A stretch of DNA of 43,004 nt, from assembly GCA_036507695.1 (NCBI GenBank), contig DATCIR010000220.1:1-43004 (forward strand), given 5' to 3'. How positions within the stretch are numbered: the first letter of the stretch is position 1; the number at the start of each line of letters is the position of its first letter. Below are positions 17,872 to 26,453 of this stretch, piece after piece. The notes under the pieces are model-generated. The model did no database searches. It was not told where the DNA came from and saw only the letters and a list, made by a program, of their open reading frames with translations. The stretch comes from Gammaproteobacteria bacterium (GTDB lineage Bacteria > Pseudomonadota > Gammaproteobacteria > SZUA-152). The translations under genes were made by a program, and so were the position numbers.

Positions 17872-18551
17872 GTGATTCCAGTCTTCTGTTGGCCAGCCGA
17901 ACCATGCTGGCGCGGGATTTCACCCTGGCCATGCGGCGCAAAGCCGATGTGCTGACGACCTTGTTCTTTTTTCTGATCGTTGTCAGTCTGTTTCCCCTGG
18001 GTGTGGGGCCGGAGATGGAGACTTTGCGGCAGATCGCGCCGGGTGTGATCTGGGTGGCCGCCTTGCTGGCTTCCATGTTATCCCTCGGGCGTTTGTTTTC
18101 CGATGATTACCAGGATGGCACCCTGGAGCAGATTATGCTGGAGCCGCAGCCTTTGTCGCTGTTAGTGCTCAGCAAGGTATTGGCCCACTGGCTATTGTCA
18201 GGCTTGCCGCTGGTTGTATTTTCGCCCCTGTTGGGAATGCAGCTAGGCCTGGATGGTGAAGCCATAGTATTATTGCTGATTACCCTGCTGCTGGGTACGC
18301 CCGCATTAAGTCTGATAGGCGCTGTGGGTGCGGCATTGACCCTGGGGTTGCGCGGTGGAGGAGTGTTGATTTCATTGCTCGTACTGCCGCTTTATATCCC
18401 CATTTTGATTTTTGGCGCCGGCGCCGTGGAATCGCAAAACGCCGGTCTGGGTGCGCAAGCCCATTTATCCATCCTGGGCGCGTTCCTGATGTTGACCCTG
18501 GTATTCGCGCCAGTCAGCGCGGCGGTAGCGCTGCGCATTAGTATGGATTAA
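17868..18551 (+). CDS. ccmB: Haem exporter permease CcmB
   Basis: ATGA overlap with ccmA. It is a six-TM protein with a CcmB-like sequence (FFFLIVVSLFPLGVGP...). Confidence 0.9.
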   Translation: MSDSSLLLASRTMLARDFTLAMRRKADVLTTLFFFLIVVSLFPLGVGPEMETLRQIAPGVIWVAALLASMLSLGRLFSDDYQDGTLEQIMLEPQPLSLLVLSKVLAHWLLSGLPLVVFSPLLGMQLGLDGEAIVLLLITLLLGTPALSLIGAVGAALTLGLRGGGVLISLLVLPLYIPILIFGAGAVESQNAGLGAQAHLSILGAFLMLTLVFAPVSAAVALRISMD

Positions 18552-18563
18552 CAATTGAATTCA

Positions 18564-18776
18564 AGGAGTCTGTCGGACTTAGGCGATCGTAGCGAGCAAG
18601 GTGGGAGAACGAGGACCGTTTTTCGATCGTTTGAGGAGAATAGCCGTAGCTATTTGACGAAAAGGATCGGAAAAATGGACCGCTCTCCCGCCGGCGCAGT
18701 ACGACTGCAGGGATGCAGGAGGTAGGGCAACGCATGGAGCAGTTGTCGAGATCAGTCCTAAGTTCGACAGACTCCT
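18564..18776. mobile_element. MITE-like 213-bp insertion bounded by 20-bp terminal inverted repeats, between ccmB and ccmC
   Basis: AGGAGTCTGTCGGACTTAGG (18564-18583) matches the reverse complement of CCTAAGTTCGACAGACTCCT (18757-18776) at 19 of 20 positions. No ORF and no clear TSD. Confidence 0.5.
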
Positions 18777-18833
18777 AAGTAGCAGTTATCTAACTCAATC
18801 GGTTATTTATTGCAAGAAACGCAAGAAACATTT

Positions 18834-19589
18834 ATGGGCTTCAAAGACTCCATCATCTGGTTGTATTTCTCCTCACCCAGAAATTTCTATCCCTTCGCGG
18901 GCCAATTGATTCCGTGGTTCGGCTGGTTGGCGGCGGCGTTAACGGTGGTTGGTCTCTACATTGGGTTTTTTGTCGCGCCGCCGGTATTAAGCGACCAGAA
19001 AGAATATTACGTCATCATTTTTATCCATGTGCCGGCCGCCTGGATGTCGATGTTTATCTATATCATCATGTCCCTGTATGCGTTTATCGCGCTGGTATGG
19101 AATATCAAGATGTCCGAAATGATGGCGACCGCGCTGGCGCCAACCGGTGCGATGTTCACCTTTCTGGCGTTATGGACCGGCGCCTTGTGGGGCCGGCCCA
19201 GTTGGGGCGCTTATTGGGTGTGGGATGCGCGTCTTACGTCGGAATTGATTTTACTTTTTCTTTATATTGGATTCATGTCATTACAGTCGGCCATCGATGA
19301 TCCCCGCCGCGCGGCGCGCGCCAGCGGCTTGCTGGCGGTGGTGGGCGCGATCAATGTGCCGATTATTTATTTTTCCGTGCGCTGGTGGAATACCCTGCAT
19401 CAGGGATTTTCAGTACAGCCCGCGCAGGCCCAGCAATTGATGGACCCGTCGATAAAGTGGGGCATGCTCATTCTGGCGCTGGCGTTCTGGATGTATACCA
19501 TCGCGGTGGTGCTGTACCGGGTGCGCACCATTATTCTGGAACGGGAGCGTCAAACCACCTGGGTGCAGGAGCTGGTAAGCGGTAAATGA
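18834..19589 (+). CDS. ccmC: Haem lyase/exporter subunit CcmC
   Basis: The WWD motif is WGAYWVWDARLTSELILLF. I prefer ATG 18834 over the TTG at 18810. Confidence 0.9.
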   Translation: MGFKDSIIWLYFSSPRNFYPFAGQLIPWFGWLAAALTVVGLYIGFFVAPPVLSDQKEYYVIIFIHVPAAWMSMFIYIIMSLYAFIALVWNIKMSEMMATALAPTGAMFTFLALWTGALWGRPSWGAYWVWDARLTSELILLFLYIGFMSLQSAIDDPRRAARASGLLAVVGAINVPIIYFSVRWWNTLHQGFSVQPAQAQQLMDPSIKWGMLILALAFWMYTIAVVLYRVRTIILERERQTTWVQELVSGK

Positions 19590-19765
19590 TGAGCGCGATA
19601 GCGGAATTTTTTTATTTCAGTGGCTATGCCTGGTATGTATGGGGCTCTTATGGTGTCACGGCGGCGTTCATGATTGCGGAAGTCATACTGGTCATCCGCG
19701 GCAAACGCAGCACGATGAACCGCCTGGCCCGTATGGTGCGGCTGAATAATTCAAGTAGCGAATAA
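19586..19765 (+). CDS. ccmD: CcmD (59 aa), absent from the supplied ORF track because it is under 60 aa
   Basis: ATGATG overlaps the ccmC TGA stop. My translation is MMSAIAEFFYFSGYAWYVWGSYGVTAAFMIAEVILVIRGKRSTMNRLARMVRLNNSSSE. It has one TM helix followed by a basic tail, in the canonical ccmC-ccmE position. Confidence 0.85.
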   Translation: MMSAIAEFFYFSGYAWYVWGSYGVTAAFMIAEVILVIRGKRSTMNRLARMVRLNNSSSE

Positions 19766-19844
19766 AGGGTTATCAAATGCGGTTGAACAAATCGTTCCTC
19801 TGCGGGATCAGATACCCAGTAGCGAAAACCTAAGGTGACATATT

Positions 19845-20303
19845 ATGAAAGCACGGCATAAACGATTTGCATTTATCGTCGCGGGAGTGACAGGTTTGGC
19901 GGTTGCCATCGGTTTGATCGCCAATGCGTTTAATCAAAACCTGGTGTTTTTCTTCAGTCCCAGCGATGTCCAGGCCAGTCAAGCGCCCGTTAACCGGGAT
20001 TTCCGCCTGGGCGGCCTGGTGGAAGAAGGCAGCCTGAAGCGGGAAGACGATGGCTTGACGGTTCATTTTATAGTGACGGATAACGCCCATACCATACCCG
20101 TAACCTTTACCGGCATATTGCCGGATTTATTCCGTGAAGGTCAGGGTGTGGTGGCGCAGGGCAAGTTAACTGAGAACGGCGTGTTCATGGCAAAAGAAGT
20201 GCTTGCCAAACATGATGAGAGCTATATGCCGCCGGAAGTGCAAGATGCGTTAGACAAAGTGAAACAATCCGCAAGCGCCACTCTTGTCAAAGACAGCCAG
20301 TAA
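19845..20303 (+). CDS. ccmE: Haem chaperone CcmE
   Basis: N-terminal anchor, with the conserved haem-binding region LAKHDESYMPPEV. Confidence 0.9.
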   Translation: MKARHKRFAFIVAGVTGLAVAIGLIANAFNQNLVFFFSPSDVQASQAPVNRDFRLGGLVEEGSLKREDDGLTVHFIVTDNAHTIPVTFTGILPDLFREGQGVVAQGKLTENGVFMAKEVLAKHDESYMPPEVQDALDKVKQSASATLVKDSQ

Positions 20304-20368
20304 ATGGTCAAAGACAGCCAGTAAACGGTCAAAGACAGCCAGTAAACGTCAAAGACAGCCGATAAACC
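20286..20368 (+). repeat. Four tandem copies (21/21/20/21 nt) of GTCAAAGACAGCCAGTAAA, the first being the ccmE 3' end including its stop
   Basis: Copies at 20286-20306, 20307-20327, 20328-20347 and 20348-20368. The first three each encode VKDSQ-stop; the fourth is degenerate (VKDSR, with the stop displaced). Confidence 0.85.
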
Positions 20369-20393
20369 GATTCAATGAGGGAGTGAGCAAGCC

Positions 20394-22421
20394 ATGATTC
20401 CAGAACTGGGGCATTTTGCTTTAATACTGGCGCTGTGCGTCGCGACAGTGCAGGGTGTGTTCTCCATCGCCGGGGCGCAGCTGGGGGTACGTTCCTGGAT
20501 GGTGCTGGCAAAACCGGCGGCGCAATGCCAGTTTGTGCTGGTCGCGGTAGCCTTCGGATTTCTTACCTATTCCTTTATCGAAAATGATTTTTCCGTGCTC
20601 TATGTCGCCTCGCATTCCAATTCCCTGCTGCCGATCGAATACCGTATTTCCGCGGTCTGGGGCGGTCACGAAGGTTCCATGTTGCTGTGGGTGTTGTTGT
20701 TATCCGGCTGGTCGATGGCGGTGAGCCTGTTCAGCAAAAACCTCCCGGATGATATGGTGGCGCGGGTCATCGGTGTCATGGGGCTGGTCTCCGTCGGCTT
20801 TTATCTGTTTATTCTGTTTACCTCCAACCCGTTTGAAAGACTATTGCCCGCGGCTGTGGACGGCCGCGATCTGAATCCGCTATTGCAGGATCCCGGTTTG
20901 ATTATTCATCCGCCCATGCTGTACATGGGTTACGTGGGATTTTCGGTCGCGTTTGCGTTCGCCATAGCGGCACTACTGAGTGGCCGATTGGACGCCGCAT
21001 GGGCGCGCTGGTCGCGTCCCTGGACCACCGTGGCCTGGATGTTCCTGACGATGGGCATCGCCCTTGGCAGCTGGTGGGCGTATTACGAGCTCGGCTGGGG
21101 CGGCTGGTGGTTCTGGGATCCGGTGGAAAACGCATCGTTTATGCCCTGGCTGGTGGGTACCGCCTTGATTCATTCGCTCGCGGCAACGGAAAAACGCGGC
21201 AGCTTCAAAAACTGGACGGTGCTGCTGGCGATTTTTACCTTCTCATTAAGTTTGCTGGGCACCTTCCTGGTGCGTTCCGGCGTGTTAACGTCGGTACACG
21301 CGTTTGCCACCGATCCCGAGCGCGGCGTATTTATCCTGATGTTGCTGGTACTGACCATTGGTGTTTCGCTGGCCTTGTTTGCCTGGCGCGCGCCGAAAGT
21401 CGGCGTCGGCGGACGTTTTAACCTGCTGTCCCGGGAATCCGCCCTGTTGAGCAACAACGTATTGCTGGTGGTCGCCGCCGGCGCGGTCTTGCTCGGCACC
21501 TTATATCCGTTGCTATTAGATGCGCTCGACATGGGAAAAATTTCGGTGGGGCCGCCGTATTTTGACGCGGTGTTTATGCCCTTGATGGCGCCGGCTTTGT
21601 TTTTAATGGCGATTGGCCCGATGGCCCGCTGGAAGAAAACTGAGGTGCCCGAACTGGTCACCCGCTTGCGCTGGGCGGCGGTGGTTAGCCTTGTCATGGG
21701 CCTGTTGACGCCGGTTATAATGGGTGAGTGGGGAGCGGCTCGCAGCCTGGGCTTGACGCTGGCGTTCTGGATTCTTTGCAGCGTGGTGCTTATGTTGCAT
21801 GACCGCGTGCAAAAGAGTCCACGTTCTGGCAATGCAATCAGCAAAATTGCGGGTTTACCCAATTCCTTTCTGGGCATGTGTGTGGCTCATAGCGGCGTGG
21901 CGGTGTTTGTCATTGGCGTCACCATGGTGCAGAGCTATCAAATCGAAAAAGATGTGCGCATGGAGGTGGGTGATACCGTTGAATTGGGCGGCTATGAATT
22001 CCGCTTTGAGGGCGTGACACGTGTTAAAGGCCCTAACTTTAATGCCGATCGCGGGCAAGTGGTGGTAAGTAAGGGCGGTAAAGTGGAGAGCGTAATGTTC
22101 CCGGAAAAACGCATCTATACCGTGCAAACCATGCCGATGACCGAAGCGGCGATAGACACCGGGATAACGCGCGACCTTTATGTTTCACTGGGCGAGCCGG
22201 TCAGTAATGGCGCCTGGAGTGTGCGTGTGTATTATAAGCCGTTTGTTGATTGGGTTTGGAGCGGCGCCTTTATCATGGCGCTGGGTGGATTGCTGGCGAT
22301 TACCGACCGCCGCTACCGCCTGGTAAGCCGAAAAGTAGCGGAGGAAGAAGACCGCGAAGCAAAGGGCGCTGCTGTTTCAGGTGCTCCTGTTTCGAGTAAA
22401 ACAGTGACTGGAGAGTCGTAA
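20394..22421 (+). CDS. ccmF: Cytochrome c haem lyase subunit CcmF
   Basis: 675 aa and polytopic. The WWD motif is WGGWWFWDPVENASFMPWL. Confidence 0.95.
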   Translation: MIPELGHFALILALCVATVQGVFSIAGAQLGVRSWMVLAKPAAQCQFVLVAVAFGFLTYSFIENDFSVLYVASHSNSLLPIEYRISAVWGGHEGSMLLWVLLLSGWSMAVSLFSKNLPDDMVARVIGVMGLVSVGFYLFILFTSNPFERLLPAAVDGRDLNPLLQDPGLIIHPPMLYMGYVGFSVAFAFAIAALLSGRLDAAWARWSRPWTTVAWMFLTMGIALGSWWAYYELGWGGWWFWDPVENASFMPWLVGTALIHSLAATEKRGSFKNWTVLLAIFTFSLSLLGTFLVRSGVLTSVHAFATDPERGVFILMLLVLTIGVSLALFAWRAPKVGVGGRFNLLSRESALLSNNVLLVVAAGAVLLGTLYPLLLDALDMGKISVGPPYFDAVFMPLMAPALFLMAIGPMARWKKTEVPELVTRLRWAAVVSLVMGLLTPVIMGEWGAARSLGLTLAFWILCSVVLMLHDRVQKSPRSGNAISKIAGLPNSFLGMCVAHSGVAVFVIGVTMVQSYQIEKDVRMEVGDTVELGGYEFRFEGVTRVKGPNFNADRGQVVVSKGGKVESVMFPEKRIYTVQTMPMTEAAIDTGITRDLYVSLGEPVSNGAWSVRVYYKPFVDWVWSGAFIMALGGLLAITDRRYRLVSRKVAEEEDREAKGAAVSGAPVSSKTVTGES

Positions 22422-23005
22422 TGGTTCGTTATTTGGTGCCGCTGGTTATTTTTTTTGTATTAGCAGGTTTTTTGTATGTGGGTTTGGATTTGAAACCGCG
22501 CGAGGTGCCATCGCCCTTTATCAATAAGCCGGCACCCGGTTTTCAGCTGCAACAGCTGCATTCCATGAACGAATTGTTTTCCAACAAGGATATGTTGGGT
22601 AAGGTGTGGTTGTTGAATGTCTGGGCATCCTGGTGTGTCGCTTGCCGTCAGGAACATCCGGTATTGGTCGATATGGCGCGCCGGGGTGAAGTGCCCTTGT
22701 ATGGCTTGAATTATAAAGATACGCCCAACAACGCCAAACGCTGGCTAAATGAACACGGTGATCCTTATACATTAAGCGCGGTTGATTACCAGGGCAAAGT
22801 GGGTATCGATTTCGGGGTGTACGGTGTGCCCGAGACATTCATTATTGATAAACAAGGCGTGATCCGGCACAAGGTTATCGGGCCGGTTTCCTATCAAGAA
22901 TTAAGTGCCTGTATCATGCCGATCGTGAATGAATTGAATAAGCGCGAGCAGATAGATCCGGCGGCGTTGGCCGTGTTGACTGAGGTAAGAAAGGCATGTA
23001 CTTAA
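22421..23005 (+). CDS. ccmG: Thiol:disulfide interchange protein CcmG/DsbE
   Basis: The active site is WASWCVACRQEHP and a GVYGVPETFIID motif is present. The start overlaps the ccmF stop. Confidence 0.9.
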   Translation: MVRYLVPLVIFFVLAGFLYVGLDLKPREVPSPFINKPAPGFQLQQLHSMNELFSNKDMLGKVWLLNVWASWCVACRQEHPVLVDMARRGEVPLYGLNYKDTPNNAKRWLNEHGDPYTLSAVDYQGKVGIDFGVYGVPETFIIDKQGVIRHKVIGPVSYQELSACIMPIVNELNKREQIDPAALAVLTEVRKACT

Positions 23006-23505
23006 TGAGGCGTTATATCGCTTGTTTGTTGCTGTTGGGGCTGATGGCCGGCGGGGCGGCGGTCTCCGCCAAGGAAGCCGCCCCGCTGTCGGCCGATCCC
23101 GAAATGGAAAAAATGGTGAACGAAATAGCCGCTGAATTGCGTTGCTTGGTTTGCCAGAATCAAACCATTGCCGATTCGCACGCCGACCTGGCGGTGGATT
23201 TGAAAAACCAGGTGCGGGAAATGGTGCGCCAGGGCAAGACCCGCGACGACGTGGTTGACTATATGGTGCAGCGGTACGGTGATTTTGTGCGTTATCGTCC
23301 GCCCGTCAAGCCGACTACTTATTTACTGTGGGTGGGTCCATTCCTGTTGTTGGCGGGCGGTTTTACTATCCTGACGGTTAATTTGCGCAAACGCAGGCAA
23401 ATAACCACTGACGCGCCGCTCAGCGAAGAAGAGCAGCAAAAGCTGGAATCCATTCTCCATTCCAAAAACAAGACCGCAGGAAATAAAAAAGGCGAGGATT
23501 ATTAA
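22996..23505 (+). CDS. ccmH: Cytochrome c maturation protein CcmH
   Basis: Signal peptide, LRCLVCQNQ motif and a C-terminal TM helix. An alternative ATG lies at 23005. Confidence 0.9.
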   Translation: MYLMRRYIACLLLLGLMAGGAAVSAKEAAPLSADPEMEKMVNEIAAELRCLVCQNQTIADSHADLAVDLKNQVREMVRQGKTRDDVVDYMVQRYGDFVRYRPPVKPTTYLLWVGPFLLLAGGFTILTVNLRKRRQITTDAPLSEEEQQKLESILHSKNKTAGNKKGEDY

Positions 23506-23507
23506 TC

Positions 23508-24824
23508 ATGGTGGTATTTTCTACGGTGGTGTTGCTGTTAATTGTAGCGGCGTTGTTGTTTCTGCTGCCTCCCTTGATTCAGCGCCAGACATCGAAGAGT
23601 GCGATCGAACGTAAAGAACTGAACATCATGTTATACAAGGATCAGCTTGCCGAACTGGAGGCTGACCTCAAAAGTGAAACCATTACCCGGGAACAGTTTG
23701 AGCAGGCCCACGCGGATCTGGAAAGAAATTTGTTACAGGATGTTGCGGACGGCGATGGCGGCAAGCCGCGCGCGTTGACGATTTCCGGCAATCTTGCGGC
23801 GATCGTGGTGGGTGTCGCGATTCCGGCGGTTGCGATCGGTCTTTATGCGCATCTTGGCACGGGCAAGGTCGGATTTGAACCGGAAAACTTCCGCCCGGAG
23901 CAGTCCACACAAGGGCATGAGGGCACCTTGGAGCAGCAGCTCGCCAAGCTGCAGGAACATTTAAAACAAAATCCCGGTGACGCGGAAGCGTGGATGATGC
24001 TGGCGCGTTCCTACTATTTCCTTAAGCAATACCAGACTGCCAGCGACGGGTTTGCCAAAGCCGTGGCGATAACCAGCGAGCAGAACCCGGATCTGCTGGC
24101 GGATTATGCGGATGCGCTGGCGATGGCCAGCGGGCGTAACATGGCCGGCAAGCCCTACGAGCTGGTCAAGAAAGCGTTGACCATCGACCCCGGTCACCAG
24201 AAATCACTGTGGCTGGCGGCTACCGCCACATATCAGGCGCAGGATTTCAAAACCACGCTCGATTACTGGCTGACGCTGCGGAGTCAATTCCCCGAAGGAT
24301 CGGAAAATTATCTGCAAATGACCCGAAATATCGCCGAAGTTAAACAATTTCTGGGCATGGCCACGGATGCAGAAATCGCGATCGTGCAACGGGCCGAGAC
24401 CGGAACTGTCACTCCAGCGGCGGGCGGTGAAGCCGCGGCCACGGCCGCTACTGCTTCCCCCAATGCTTCCGCCAGTGTTTCCGGCAAAGTGTCCGGCGTA
24501 GTCTCGTTGGACCCATCCATGCAGGCTAAGATATTACCCAGTGATACCTTATTCGTGTTTGCCCGGGCCGCCAGCGGTCCGCGTATGCCCTTGGCGATCA
24601 TCAGGACATCGGTGGCGGAATTGCCGTTGACTTTTGCACTGGATGATTCGCTGGCGATGAATCCGCAAATGAAGATTTCCAATTTCAAGGAAGTCATCGT
24701 TGGCGCGCGGATTTCCAAAACCGGCAATGCGATGCCGCAAAGCGGAGATCTGTCCGGTCAATCGGACGTTGTTCCGTTGGGTGCGGAGGGGTTGCAAATA
24801 ACCATAAACGGTATCGTGCCGTAA
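23508..24824 (+). CDS. ccmI: CcmI (TPR-containing apocytochrome chaperone)
   Basis: Two N-terminal TM helices, a TPR block (AEAWMMLARSYYFLKQYQTASDGFAKAV...) and its position after ccmH. Confidence 0.8.
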   Translation: MVVFSTVVLLLIVAALLFLLPPLIQRQTSKSAIERKELNIMLYKDQLAELEADLKSETITREQFEQAHADLERNLLQDVADGDGGKPRALTISGNLAAIVVGVAIPAVAIGLYAHLGTGKVGFEPENFRPEQSTQGHEGTLEQQLAKLQEHLKQNPGDAEAWMMLARSYYFLKQYQTASDGFAKAVAITSEQNPDLLADYADALAMASGRNMAGKPYELVKKALTIDPGHQKSLWLAATATYQAQDFKTTLDYWLTLRSQFPEGSENYLQMTRNIAEVKQFLGMATDAEIAIVQRAETGTVTPAAGGEAAATAATASPNASASVSGKVSGVVSLDPSMQAKILPSDTLFVFARAASGPRMPLAIIRTSVAELPLTFALDDSLAMNPQMKISNFKEVIVGARISKTGNAMPQSGDLSGQSDVVPLGAEGLQITINGIVP

Positions 24825-24921
24825 TCAACGGCCTGGCAAAACACGGATGCCGGTTTAGTTAAAAATAAAACATGTACGGTTCGAACAATTCGTTAAACAT
24901 TCCACCAACGAGGTCGCGAGA

Positions 24922-25230
24922 GTGAAAGCCAAGCTGATTGCCGCGGGTATTTCTATTAGCTTTTTTACTGCCGCGGGGCTGGCGTGGGCCGGTGATCCGT
25001 ACGCGGGTTCGGCGATTTATGCATCCCATTGCGTGAGTTGTCACGGTGGCGACGGTTCCGGTGAAGTGGCGGGTACACCGAGTTTTCGCGGTGGAAAACT
25101 GATGAGCAAGAGTGAGTTTGAGTTGCGCGATAAAATCAGAATGGGCAAAGCCTTGATGCCCGGTTTTGGCGGTATTTTAACGCAACAACAAATCGAAGAT
25201 GTTGTGACCTATATCAGGACGTTTAACTAA
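24922..25230 (+). CDS. Small monohaem class I cytochrome c
   Basis: GTG start and a signal peptide. There is a single CVSCHG and a distal Met region LMPGFGG. Confidence 0.8.
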   Translation: MKAKLIAAGISISFFTAAGLAWAGDPYAGSAIYASHCVSCHGGDGSGEVAGTPSFRGGKLMSKSEFELRDKIRMGKALMPGFGGILTQQQIEDVVTYIRTFN

Positions 25231-26415
25231 ATGCGTTACCGCGTCGTCAAGATTTTAGTAATCGCCGGCGTGGTTTTAGTGTTTGCCACCGCTTGTTCCA
25301 AGGACGATAAACAACAAACCGCGCCAACAACACCCGCACCTTCTACACTCGCACCTTCAACACAATCCGCATCCCCGCAGTCCCCGGATCTGTTGCCGCA
25401 AGCAGCACCGGAACCGCCGCCGGTCCCCTCCGGCTATAAAGTTATCGACACTTTCAACGTTGGGGAGAATGTTTATGTGCGCTCGATGACGGTGGATCCT
25501 GCCGCTAAAACCTTATGGATCGGCACCTCGGTGGGTGTGTTGGAAATCGATATTGAAACCCGCAATATGCTGAACAGTTATACGCGGGATCATGGCCTGG
25601 CCAATGAGTATGTGTTTGGCATGCTGGTTGACAGCAAGGGCAGAAAATGGTTTGGCACCAATGGCGGGGGTATCACCCGCTTGAAGGACGGTGAGTGGAA
25701 AACTTATTTTCCCATGCATGGTTTGGCCGATTATTGGGTGTATTCCTTCGCGGAACAGTCCGACGGAACGCTATGGGTGGGTACCTGGGCCGGCCTCAAT
25801 GCCTTAAACCCGGAAACGCAGGTCTTCAAAACGTATGTGAAAGAATTGGTGAATGAATGGGTGTATGGCCTGGGTGTTGATAACAAAGACCAGGTTTGGA
25901 TTGGCACCGAAGGCGGTATCAATATGTATGATGGCAACACCTGGCATGTCTGGACGCATAAGGATGGCCTGGGTGCGCCGAATACAGACAAACTGCCGCT
26001 CAGCGATAACACGGGGCTGGGAACCCGCTCGCGCCATGATTTAAGCGTCATGTCGCAAGGCATGAAAACCTATAACCCCAACTATGTATTTTCATTGATT
26101 GTCGCCCGGGATCAATCGGTGTGGGCCGGCACCTGGGGTGGAGGGGTCAGCCACTATGACGGCAAGACCTGGGTCAATTACACCAAGCAGGAAGGGCTGG
26201 CCGGCAATATTGTGTATAGCGTGGCGCAAGATAGTCAGGGTGAATTCTGGTTTGGCACCGATAACGGCTTATCGCATTACGATGGGAATAGTTGGGAAAC
26301 CATTGCCCAAGTGCACGGCATTCTGGACAACAGTGTGTACGCCATTGCCAATACCGGGAACAATCAAATCTGGGTGGGCACTCGCAATGGAGTCGCTGTA
26401 ATTGCCAAACCATAA
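25231..26415 (+). CDS. Exported lipoprotein made only of two-component-regulator-propeller (Reg_prop) type repeats
   Basis: The lipobox is ATAC. Repeats include WFGTNGGGITRL, WVGTWAGLNAL, WIGTEGGINMYDG, WAGTWGGGVSHYDG, WFGTDNGLSHYDG and WVGTRNGVAVI. No kinase or HTH domain. Confidence 0.75.
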   Translation: MRYRVVKILVIAGVVLVFATACSKDDKQQTAPTTPAPSTLAPSTQSASPQSPDLLPQAAPEPPPVPSGYKVIDTFNVGENVYVRSMTVDPAAKTLWIGTSVGVLEIDIETRNMLNSYTRDHGLANEYVFGMLVDSKGRKWFGTNGGGITRLKDGEWKTYFPMHGLADYWVYSFAEQSDGTLWVGTWAGLNALNPETQVFKTYVKELVNEWVYGLGVDNKDQVWIGTEGGINMYDGNTWHVWTHKDGLGAPNTDKLPLSDNTGLGTRSRHDLSVMSQGMKTYNPNYVFSLIVARDQSVWAGTWGGGVSHYDGKTWVNYTKQEGLAGNIVYSVAQDSQGEFWFGTDNGLSHYDGNSWETIAQVHGILDNSVYAIANTGNNQIWVGTRNGVAVIAKP

Positions 26416-26453
26416 TTGCATCCCGCTGCGAAAACTGCTTGAGAGTCAGAGAG

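Noticed and set aside
21170-21877. 235-aa antisense ORF within ccmF
   Set aside because: It is the shadow frame of a well-supported ccmF and has no independent signals.
26292-26453. Upstream extension of the 26292..27689 track ORF
   Set aside because: It would overlap the preceding gene by more than 120 nt, and its product starts with a Cys/His/Arg-rich stretch. The signal-anchor sequence starts just after GTG 26454/26463.
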